This document shows positions 1 through 11,494 of a stretch of 64,000 nucleotides of DNA, piece by piece. Source of the DNA: Eledone cirrhosa (taxonomy: Eukaryota); contig OZ024744.1 in NCBI GenBank assembly GCA_964016885.1, positions 11,222,001 to 11,286,000 of the forward strand, given 5' to 3'. Each line of letters starts with the position of its first letter. Position 1 is the stretch's first letter. The position numbers were made by a program, and so were the translations under genes. The notes beneath the pieces were generated by a model. That model saw only the letters and a program-made list of their open reading frames with translations, searched no databases and had not been told where the DNA came from.

Positions 1-3000
1 ATATTGTGTTGTTATAATCCAATATGTTGTGTTGTTGTACTCCAAAATATTGTGTTGTTATACTCCAATATGTTGTGTTGTTATACTCCAATAAGTTGTG
101 CTGTTATACTCCAATATGTTGTGTTGTTGTACTCCAATATGTTGTGCTGTTATACTCCAATATTTTGTGTTGTTATACTCCAATATGTGGTATTGTTGTA
201 CTCCAATATGTTGTGCTGTTGTACTCCAATATGTTGTGTTGTTATACTCCAACATGTTGTGTTGTTATACTCCAATATGTTGTGTTGTTATACTCGAATA
301 TGTTGTGTTGTTATACTCGAATATCTTGTGTTGTTATACTCGAATATGTTGTGCTGTTGTACTCCAATATGTCGTGTTGTTGTACTCCAATATATCATGT
401 AGTTGTACTCCAATATTTCGTGTTGTTGTACCCCAATATGTAGTGTTGTTTATACTCCAATATGTTTTGCTGTTGTACTCCAATATGTTGTGTTGCTGTA
501 CTCCTATATGTTGTGTTGTTATTCTCCAATATGTTGTGCTGTTGTACTCCAATGTGTTGTGTTGTTATACTCCAATATGTTGTGTTGATTTACTCCAATA
601 TGTTGTGTTGTTGTACTCCAATCTGTTGTGTTGTTATACTCCAATGTGTTGTGTTGTTATACTCCAATATGTTGTGTTGTTGTAGTCCAATATGTTGTGT
701 TGTCGTACTCCAATATGTTGTGTTGTTATACTCCAATATTTCGTGTGGTTGTACTCCAATATGTCATGGTGTTGTACTTCAATATGTCGTGTTGTTGTAC
801 TCCAATATGTTGTCTTGCTGTACTCCAATATGTTGTGTTGTTGTACTCCAATATCTTGTGTTCTTATACTCCAATATGTTGTGTTGTTATACTCCAATAT
901 GTTGTGTTGTTGTACTCCAATATGTTGTGCTGTTTTACTCCAATATGTTGTGTTGTTGTACTCCAATATGTTGTATTGTTTTTCTCCAATATGTCATGTT
1001 ATACTCCAATAAGTTGTGTTCTTGTACTCCAATATGTTGTGTTGTTGTACTCCAATATATCATGTTGTCGTACTCCAATATGTCATGTTATACTCCAATA
1101 TGTCATTGTTGTACTCCAATATGTCGTGTTGTTGTACTCCAATATGTTGTGTTGATTTACTCCAATATGTTGTGTTGTTGTACTCCAATCTGTTGTGTTG
1201 TTATACTCCAATATGTTGTGTTGTTATACTCCAATATGTTGTGTTGTTTTACTCCAATATGTTGTGTTGTTGTACTCCAATATGTTGTGTTGTTGTACTC
1301 CAATATGTTGTGTTGTTGTAATCCAATATCTTGTGTTGTTATACTCCAATATGTTGTGTTGTTGTACTCCAATATGTTGTGTTGTTATACTCCAATATGT
1401 TGTGTTGTGATACTCCAATATGTTGTGCTGTTGTACTCCAATATGTTGTGTTGTTATACTCCAATATGTTGTGTTGTTTTACTCCAATATGTTGTGTTGT
1501 TGTACTCCAATATGTTGTATTGTTGTTCTCCAATATGTCATGTTATACTCCAATAAGTTGTGTTCTTGTACTCCAATATGTTGTGTTGTTGTACTCCAAT
1601 ATATCATGTTGTCGTACTCCAATATGTCATGTTATACTCCAATATGTCGTTGTTATACTCCAATATGTCATGTTGTTGTACTCCAATATGTCGTATTGTT
1701 ATACTCCAATATGTTTTGATGTTGTACTCCAATATGTTGTGTAGTCGTACTCCAATATGTTGTATTGTTATACTCCATTATGTTGTGCTGTTGTACTCCA
1801 ATATGTTCTGTTGTTGTACTCCAATATATTGTGTTGTTGTACTCCAATATGTCGTGTTGTTGTACTCCAATATGTCGTGTTGTTGTACTCCAATATGTTG
1901 TGTTGTTGTACTCCAATATGTTGTGTTGTTGTACTCCAATATGTTGTATTGTTATACTCCAATATGTTATGTTGTTGTACTCCAATATGTCATGTTGTTG
2001 TACTCCAATATGTTTTGATGTTGTACTCCAATATGTTGTGTTGTTGTACTCCAATATGTTTTGATGTTGTACTCCAATATGTTGTGTTGTTGTACTCCAA
2101 TATGCTGTGTAGTCGTACTCCAATATGTTGTGTTGTTGTACTCCAATATGCTGTGATGTTGTACTCCAATATGATGTGCTGTTGTACTCCAATGCGTTGT
2201 GTTGTTGTACTCCAATATGCTGTGTTGTTATACTCCAATATGTTGTGTTGTTGTACTCCAATATGTTGTGTTGTTGTACTCCAATATGTTGTGTTGTTGT
2301 AATCCAATATCTTGTGTTGTTATACTCCAATATGTTGTGCTGTTGTACTCCAATATGTTGAGTTGTTATACTCCAATATGTAGTGTTGTTATACTCCAAT
2401 ATGTTGTGTTGTTGTACTCCAATCTGTTGCGTTATACTCCAATATGTTGTGTTGTTATACTCCAATATGTTGTGTTGTTATACTCCAATATGTTGTGTTG
2501 CTTTACTCCAATATGTTGTATTGTTGATCTCCAATATGTCATATTATACTCCAATAAGTTGTGTTCTTGTACTCCAATATGTGTTGTTGTTGTACTCCAA
2601 TATGTTGCGTTGTTGTACTCCAATATATCATGTTGTCGTACTCCAATATGTCATGTTATACTCCAATATGTTTTGATGCTGTACTCCAATATGTTGTGTT
2701 GTTGTACTACAATATGTTGTGTTGTTGTACTCCAATATGTTGTGTTGTTATACTCCAATATGGTGTGCTGTTGTACTCCAATATGTTGTGTTGTTATACT
2801 CCAATATGTAGTGTTGTTATACTCCAATATGTTGTGTTGTTGTACTCCAATCTGTTGTGTTGTTATACTCCAATATATTGTGTTGTTATACTCCAATATG
2901 TTGTGTTGTTTTACTCCAATATGTTGTGTTGTTGTACTCCAATATGTTGTGTTCTTGTACTCCAATATGTCGTGTTGTCGTACTCCAATATGTTGTGTTG

Positions 3001-6000
3001 TTGTACTCCAAGATGTTGTGCTGTTGTACTCCAATATGTTGTGTTGTTGTACTCCAATATGTTGTGTTGTTATACTCCAATATGTTGTGATGTTGTACTC
3101 CAATATTTCGTGTTGTTGTACTCCAATACGTCGTGTTGTACTCCAATATGTTGTGTTGTTATACTCCAATATGTTATGTTGTTGTACTCCAATGTGTCTT
3201 GTTGTTGTACTCCAATATGTTTTGATGTTGTACTCCAATATGTTGTGTTGTTGTACTCCAATATGTTTTGATGTTGTACTCCAATATGTTGTGTTGTTGT
3301 ACTCCAATATGTTGTGTAGTCGTATTCCAATATGTTGTGTTGTTGTACTCTAATATGTTTTGTTGTTATTCTCCAATATGTTGTGATGTTGTACTCCAAT
3401 GTGTTGTGTTGTTGTACTCCAATGTGATGTGTTGCTGTACTCCAATATGTTGTGCTGTTGTACTCCAATATTTTTTGTTTTTTGTACTCCAATATGTTGT
3501 GTTGTTATACTCCAATATGTTGTGTTGTTATACTCCAATATGGTGTGTTGTTGTACTCCAATATGTTGTATTGTTTTCTCCAATATGTCATGTTATACTC
3601 CAATATGGTGTGTTCGTGTACTCCAATATGTTGTGTTATTGTACTCCAATATGTTGCGTTGTTGTACTCCAATATGTTGTGTTGTTATACTCCAATATGT
3701 CGTGTGGCTGTACTCCAATATGTCATGTTGTTGTACTCCAATATGTCTTGTTATAGTCCAATATGTCGTGTTGTTGTACTCCAATATATCATGTAGTTGT
3801 ACTCCAATATTTCGTGTTGTTGTACCCCAATATGTAGTGTTGTTTATACTCCAATATGTTTTGCTGTTGTACTCCAATATGTTGTGTTGCTGTACTCCTA
3901 TATGTTGTGTTGTTATTCTCCAATATGTTGTGCTGTTGTACTCCAATGTGTTGTGTTGTTATACTCCAATGTGTTGTGTTGTTATACTCCAATATGTTGT
4001 GTTGTTGTAGTCCAATATGTTGTGTTGTCGTACTCCAATATGTTGTGTTGTTATACTCCAATATTTCGTGTGGTTGTACTCCAGTATGTCATGGTGTTGT
4101 ACTTCAATATGTCGTGTTGTTGTACTCCAATATGTTGTCTTGTTGTACCCCAATCTGTTGTATTGTTGTACTTCAATATGTTCTGTTGTTGTACTCCAAT
4201 ATATTATGTTGTTGTACTCCAATATGTTGTGTTGTTGTACTCCAATATGCTGTGTTGTTGTACTCCAATATGTTGTGTTGTTGTACTCCAATATGTTGTG
4301 TTGTTGTACTCCAATATCTTGTGTTCTTATACTCCAATATGTTGTGTTGTTATACTCCAATATGTTGTGTTGTTGTACTCCAATATGTTGTGCTGTTGTA
4401 CTCCAATAGGATGTGCTGTTGTACTCCAATATGTTGTGTTGTTATACTCCAATGTGTTGTGTTGTTGTACTCCAATATGTTGTGCCGTTGTACTCCAATA
4501 TTTTTTTGTTTTTGTACTCCAAAATGTTGTGTTGTTATACTCCAATATGTTGTGTTGGTGTACTCCAATATGGTGTGCTGTTGTACTCCAAATCTCGTGT
4601 TGTTATACTCCAATGTGTTGTGTTGTTATACTCCAATATGGTGTGTTGTTGAACTCCAATATGTTGTGTTGTTTTTCTCCAATATGTCATGTTATACTCC
4701 AATATGTCGTGTTGCTGTACTCCAATATGTCATGCTGTTGTACTTCAATATGTTTTGCTGTTGTACTCCACCGTGTTGTGTTGTTGAACTCCAATACGTT
4801 GTGTTGTTGTTCTCCAATATTTTGTGCTGTTGTACTCCAATTTGTGTTGTTGTACTCCAATATGTTGTGTTGTTGTACTCCAATATGTTGTGTTGTTGTA
4901 CTCCAATATGTTGTGTTGTTATACTTCAATATGTTGTGCTGTTGTACTCCAATATTTCGTGTTGTTGTACTCCAATACGTCGTGTTGTTGTACTCCAATA
5001 TGTTTTGATGTTGTACTCAAATATGTTGTGTTGTTGTACTCCAATATGTTTTGATGTTGTACTCCAATATGTTGTGTTGTTGTACTCCAATATGTTGTGT
5101 AGTCTTACTCCAATATGTTGTGTTGTTGTACTCCAATATGCTGTGATGTTGTACTCCAATATGATGTGATGTTGTACTCCAATGTGTTGTGTTGTTGTAC
5201 TCCAATGTGATGTGTTGTTGTACTCCAATATGTTGTGCCATTGTACTCCAATATTTTTTATATTTGTACTGCAATATGTTGTGTTGTTATACTCCAATAT
5301 GTTGTGCTGTTGCACTCCAAATCTCGTGTTGTTATACTCCAATGTGTTGTGTTGTTATACTCCAATATGGTGTGTTGTTGTAGTCCAATATGTTGTATTG
5401 TTTTTTTCCAATATGTCATGTTATACTCCAATATGTTGTGTTCGTGTACTCCAATATGTTGTGTTATTGTACTCCAATATGTTGCGTTGTTGTACTCCAA
5501 TATGTTGTGTTGTTATACTCCAATATGTTGTGTTGTTGTACTCCAATATGTTGTCTTGTTGTACTCCAAAAGGCCATGTTATCGTACTCCAATATGTCTT
5601 GTTATACTCCAATATGTCGTGTGGCTGTACTCCAATATGCCATGTTGTTGTACTCCAATATGTCTTGTTATAGTCCAATATGTCGTGTTGTTGTACTCCA
5701 ATATGTCATGTAGTTGTATTCCAATATTTCGTGTTGTTGTACCCCAATATGTCGTGTTGTTTATACTCCAATATGTTTTGCTGTTGTACTCCAATATGTT
5801 GTGTTGCTGTATTCCAATATGTTGTGTTGTTATTCTCCAATATGTTGTGCTGTTGTACTCCAATGTGTTATGTTGTTATACTCCAATATGTTGTGCTGTG
5901 CTACTCCAATATATTGTGTTGTTGTACTCCAATGTGTTGTGTTGTTATACTCCAATATGTTGTGTTGATTTACTCCAATATGTTGTGTTGTTGTACTCCA

Positions 6001-7489
6001 ATCTGTTGTGTTGTTATACTCCAATATGTTGTGTTGTTATACTCCAATATGTTGTGTTGTTTTACTCCAATATGTTGTGTTGTTGTACTCCAATATGTTG
6101 TGTTGTTGTACTCCAATATGTTGTGTTGTTGTAATCCAATATCTTGTGTTGTTATACTCCAATATGTTGTGTTGTTGTACTCCAATATGTTGTGTTGTTG
6201 TACTCCAATGTGTTATGTTGTTATACTCCAATATGTTGTGCTGTGCTACTCCAATATAGTGTGTTGTTGTACTCCAATGTGTTGTGTTGTTATACTCCAA
6301 TATGTTGTGTTGATTTACTCCAATATGTTGTGTTGTTGTACTCCAATCTGTTGTGTTGTTATACTCCAATATGTTGTGTTGTTATACTCCAATATGTTGT
6401 GTTGTTGTACTCCAATATGTCATGTTGCTGTACTCCAACATGTCGTGTTGTAGTACTCCAATATGTTTTGATGTTGTACTCCAATATGTTGTGTTTTTGT
6501 ATTCCAATATGTTGTGTTGTTGTACTCCAATATGTTGTGTTGTTATACTCCAATATGTTGTGCTGTTGTACTCCAATATGTCATGTTGTTGTACTCCGAT
6601 ATTTCGTGTTGTTCTACTCCAATATTTCGTGTTGTTGTACTCCAATATGTTGTGTTGTTGTACTCCAATATGTTGTGTTGTTGTACTCCAATATGTTGTG
6701 TTGTTGTACTCCAATATGTGATGTTGTTATACTCCAATATGTCGTATTGTTGTACTCCAATATATTGTGTTGTTATACTCCAATATTTCGTGTTGTTTTA
6801 GTCCAATATGTCATGTTGTTTTACTCCAACATTTCGTGTTGTTGTACTCCAATATGTCATGGTGTTGTACTTCAATATGTCGTATTGTTGTACTCCAATA
6901 TGTTGTGTTGTTGTTCTCCAATATGTCGTGTTGTTATACTCCAATATGTTATGATGTTGTACTCCAATATATTGTGTTGTTGTACTCCAATATGTTGTGT
7001 TGCTGTACTCCAATATGTTGTGTCGTTGTACTCCAATATGTTGTGTTGTTGTACTCCAATATGTTGTGTTGTTGTACTCCAATATGTTGTTGTACTCCAA
7101 TATGCCATGTTGTTATACTCCAATATGTCGTGGTGTTGTACTCCAATATGTCATGTTGTTGTACTCCAATATTTCGTGTTGTTGTACTCCAATATGTCAT
7201 AGGGGCTATACTCCAATATGGTGTGTTGTTGTACTCCAATATGCTGTGTTGCTGTACTCCAATAGGTTGTGTTGTTGTACTCCAATATGCTGTGTTGGCT
7301 GTGCTCCAATACGTTGTGTTGTTGTACTCCAATATTTTGTGCTGCTGTACTCCAATATGTTGTGTTGTTGTACTCCAATATGTTGTGTTGTTGTACTCCA
7401 ATATGTTGTGTTGTTGTACTCCAATCTATATCGCTGTTGTACTCCAATATGTTGTGTTGTTGTACTCCAATATGTTGTGCTGTTGTACT

Positions 7490-9215
7490 CCAATATGTTG
7501 TGCTGTTGTACTCCAATATTTTGTGCTGTTATACTCCAATATATTGTGTTGTTATACTCCAATATGTTGTGTTGTTGTACTCCAAAATATTGTGTTGTTA
7601 TACTCCAATATGTTGTGTTGTTATACTCCAATATGTTGTGCTGTTATACTCCAATATGTTGTGTTGTTGTACTCCAATATGTTGTGCTGTTATACTCCAA
7701 TATTTTGTGTTGTTATACTCCAATATGTGGTATTGTTGTACTCCAATATGTTGTGCTGTTGTACTCCAATATGTTGTGCTGTTATACTCCAACATGTTGT
7801 GTTGTTATACTCCAATATGTTGTGTTGTTATACTCGAATATTTTGTGTTGTTATACTCGAATATCTTGTGTTGTTATACTCGAATATGTTGTGCTGTTGT
7901 ACTCCAATATGTCGTGTTGTTGTACTCCAATATATCATGTAGTTGTACTCCAATATTTCGTGTTGTTGTACCCCAATATGTAGTGTTGTTTATACTCCAA
8001 TATGTTTTGCTGTTGTACTCCAATATGATGTGCTGTTGTACTCCAATATGTTGTATTGTTGTTCTCCAATATGTCATGTTATACTCCAATAAGTTGTGTT
8101 CTTGTACTCCAATATGTTGTGTTGTTGTACTCCAATATATCATGTTGTCGTACTCCAATATGTCATGTTATACTCCAATATGTCATTGTTGTACTCCAAT
8201 ATGTCGTGTTGTTGTACTCCAATATGTCGTGCTGTTGTACTCCAATATGCTGTGTTGTTATACTCCAATATGTTGTGTTGTTGTACTCCAATATGTTGTG
8301 TTGTTATACTCCAATATGTTGTGTTGTTGTACTCCAATATGTCATGTTGTTGTACTCCAATATGTTGTGTTGTTGTACTCCAATATTTTGTGCTGTTATA
8401 CTCCAATATATTGTGTTGTTATACTCCAATATGTTGTGTTGTTGTACTCCAAAATATTGTGTTGTTATACTCCAATATGTTGTGTTGTTATACTCCAATA
8501 TGTTGTGCTGTTATACTCCAATATGTTGTGTTGTTGTACTCCAATATGTTGTGCTGTTATACTCCAATATTTTGTGTTGTTATACTCCAATATGTGGTAT
8601 TGTTGTACTCCAATATGTTGTGCTGTTGTACTCCAATATGTTGTGTTGTTATACTCCAACATGTTGTGTTGTTATACTCCAATATGTTGTGTTGTTATAC
8701 TCGAATATTTTGTGTTGTTATACTCGAATATCTTGTGTTGTTATACTCGAATATGTTGTGCTGTTGTACTCCAATATATCATGTAGTTGTACTCCAATAT
8801 TTCGTGTTGTTGTACCCCAATATGTAGTGTTGTTTATACTCCAATATGTTTTGCTGTTGTACTCCAATATGATGTGCTGTTGTACTCCAATATGTTGTAT
8901 TGTTGTTCTCCAATATGTCATGTTATACTGCAATAAGTTGTGTTCTTGTACTCCAATATGTTGTGTTGTTGTACTCCAATATATCATGTTGTCGTACTCC
9001 AATATGTCATGTTATACTCCAATATGTCATTGTTGTACTCCAATATGTCGTGTTGTTGTACTCCAATATGTCGTGCTGTTGTACTCCAATATGCTGTGTT
9101 GTTATACTCCAATATGTTGTGTTGTTGTACTCCAATATGTTGTGTTGTTATACTCCAATATGTTGTGTTGTTGTACTCCAATATGTCATGTTGTTGTACT
9201 CCAATATGTTGTGTT
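7490..9215 (+). repeat. Local tandem duplication of ~0.85 kb (offset 867, then 844)
   Basis: ORF pairs 7598/8465 (867) and 8056/8900, 8096/8940 (844). The ACTCGA triplet occurs at both 7832 and 8699. The 23-bp change in offset equals loss of one monomer. Confidence 0.85.
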
Positions 9216-11494
9216 GTTGTACTTCAATATATCATGTTGTCGTACTCCAATATGTTTTGATGTTGTACTCCAATATATTGTGTTGTTGTACTCCAATATG
9301 TTGTGTAGTCGTACTCCAATATGTTGTGTTGTTGTACTCCAATATGATGTGATGTTGTACTCCAATATGATGTGCTGTTGTACTACAATGCGTTGTGTTG
9401 TTGTACTCCAATATGCTGTGTTGTTATACTCCAATATGTTGTGTTGTTATACTCCAATCTGTTGTGTTGTTATACTCCAATATATTGTGTTGTTATACTC
9501 CAATATGTTGTGTTGTTTTACTCCAATATGTTGTGTTGTTGTACTCCAATATCTTGTATTGTTGTTCTCCAATATGTCATGTTATACTCCAATAAGTTGT
9601 GTTCTTGTACTCCAATATGTTGTGTTGTTGTACTCCAATATGTTGTGTTGTTGTACTCCAATATATCATGTTGTCGTACTCCAATATGTCATGTTATACT
9701 CCAATGTGTCATTGTTGTACTCCAATATGTCGTGTTGTTGTACTCCAATATGTTGTGTTGTTGTACTCCAATATGCTGTGTTGTTGTACTCCAATATGTT
9801 GTGTTGTTGTACTCCAATATGTTGTGTTGTTATACTCCAATATGTTATGTTGTTGTACTCCAATATGTCATGTTGTTGTACTCCAATATGTTTTGATATT
9901 GTACTCCAATATGTCGTGTTGTTATACTCCAATATGTTATGATGTTGTACTCCAATATATTGTGTTGTTGTACTCCAATATGTTGTGTTGCTGTACTCCA
10001 ATATGTTGTGTCGTTGTACTCCAATACGTTGTGTTGTTGTACTCCAATATGTTGTGTTGTTGTACTCCAATATGTCATGTTGTCGTACTCCAATATTTCG
10101 TGTTGTTGTACTCCAATATGTCATGGTGTTGTATTCCAATATGTTGTGTTGTTGTACTCCAATATGTTGTGTGGTTGTACTCCAATATGTTGTGTTGTTG
10201 TACTCCAATATGTTGTGTTGTTGTACTCCAATATGCCATGTTGTTATACTCCAATATGTGGTGGTGTTGTACTCCAATATGTCATGTTGTTGTACTCCAA
10301 TATTTCGTGTTGTCGTACTCCAATATGTCATAGGGGTTGTACTCCAATATGCTGTGTTGCTGTACTCCAATAGGTTGTGTTGTTGTACTCCAATATGCTG
10401 TGTTGGCTGTGCTCCAATACGTTGTGTTGTTGTACTCCAATATGTTGTGATGCTGTACTCCAATATGTTGTGTTGTTGTACTCCAATATGTTGTGTTGTT
10501 GTACTCCAATATGTTGTGTTGTTGTACTCCAATCTATATCGCTGTTGTACTCCAATATGTTGTGTTGTTGTACTCCAATATGTTGTGCTGTTGTACTCCA
10601 ATATGTTGTGCTGTTGTACTCCAATATTTTGTGCTGTTATACTCCAATATATTGTGTTATACTCCAATATGTTGTGTTGTTGTACTCCAAAATATTGTGT
10701 TGTTATACTCCAATATGTTGTGTTGTTATACTCCAATAAGTTGTGCTGTTATACTCCAATATGTTGTGTTGTTGTACTCCAATATGTTGTGCTGTTATAC
10801 TCCAATATTTTGTGTTGTTATACTCCAATATGTGGTATTGTTGTACTCCAATATGTTGTGCTGTTGTACTCCAATATGTTGTGTTGTTATACTCCAACAT
10901 GTTGTGTTGTTATACTCCAATATGTTGTGTTGTTATACTCGAATATGTTGTGTTGTTATACTCGAATATCTTGTGTTGTTATACTCGAATATGTTGTGCT
11001 GTTGTACTCCAATATGTCGTGTTGTTGTACTCCAATATATCATGTAGTTGTACTCCAATATTTCGTGTTGTTGTACCCCAATATGTAGTGTTGTTTATAC
11101 TCCAATAAGTTTTGCTGTTGTACTCCAATATGTTGTGTTGCTGTACTCCTATATGTTGTGTTGTTATTCTCCAATATGTTGTGCTGTTGTACTCCAATGT
11201 GTTGTGTTGTTATACTCCAATATGTTGTGTTGATTTACTCCAATATGTTGTGTTGTTGTACTCCAATCTGTTGTGTTGTTATACTCCAATGTGTTGTGTT
11301 GTTATACTCCAATATGTTGTGTTGTTGTAGTCCAATATGTTGTGTTGTCGTACTCCAATATGTTGTGTTGTTATACTCCAATATTTCGTGTGGTTGTACT
11401 CCAATATGTCATGGTGTTGTACTTCAATATGTCGTGTTGTTGTACTCCAATATGTTGTCTTGCTGTACTCCAATATGTTGTGTTGTTGTACTCC

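Noticed and set aside
7195-7210. TAGGGG as a canonical telomere seed or G-quadruplex
   Set aside because: It is a single isolated G4 run inside a variant monomer, with copies kilobases apart. It cannot form an intramolecular quadruplex and is not a TTAGGG array.
8056-9942. Resemblance of the + strand peptide (CCCTPICC) to Cys-rich keratin-associated or metallothionein-like proteins, and of the - strand peptide (NNTT, STTT) to mucin-like glycoproteins
   Set aside because: The resemblance is compositional only: TGT/GTT/TTG codons give C/V/L and their complements give T/N/Q. No signal peptide, unique termini or frame constraint is present.
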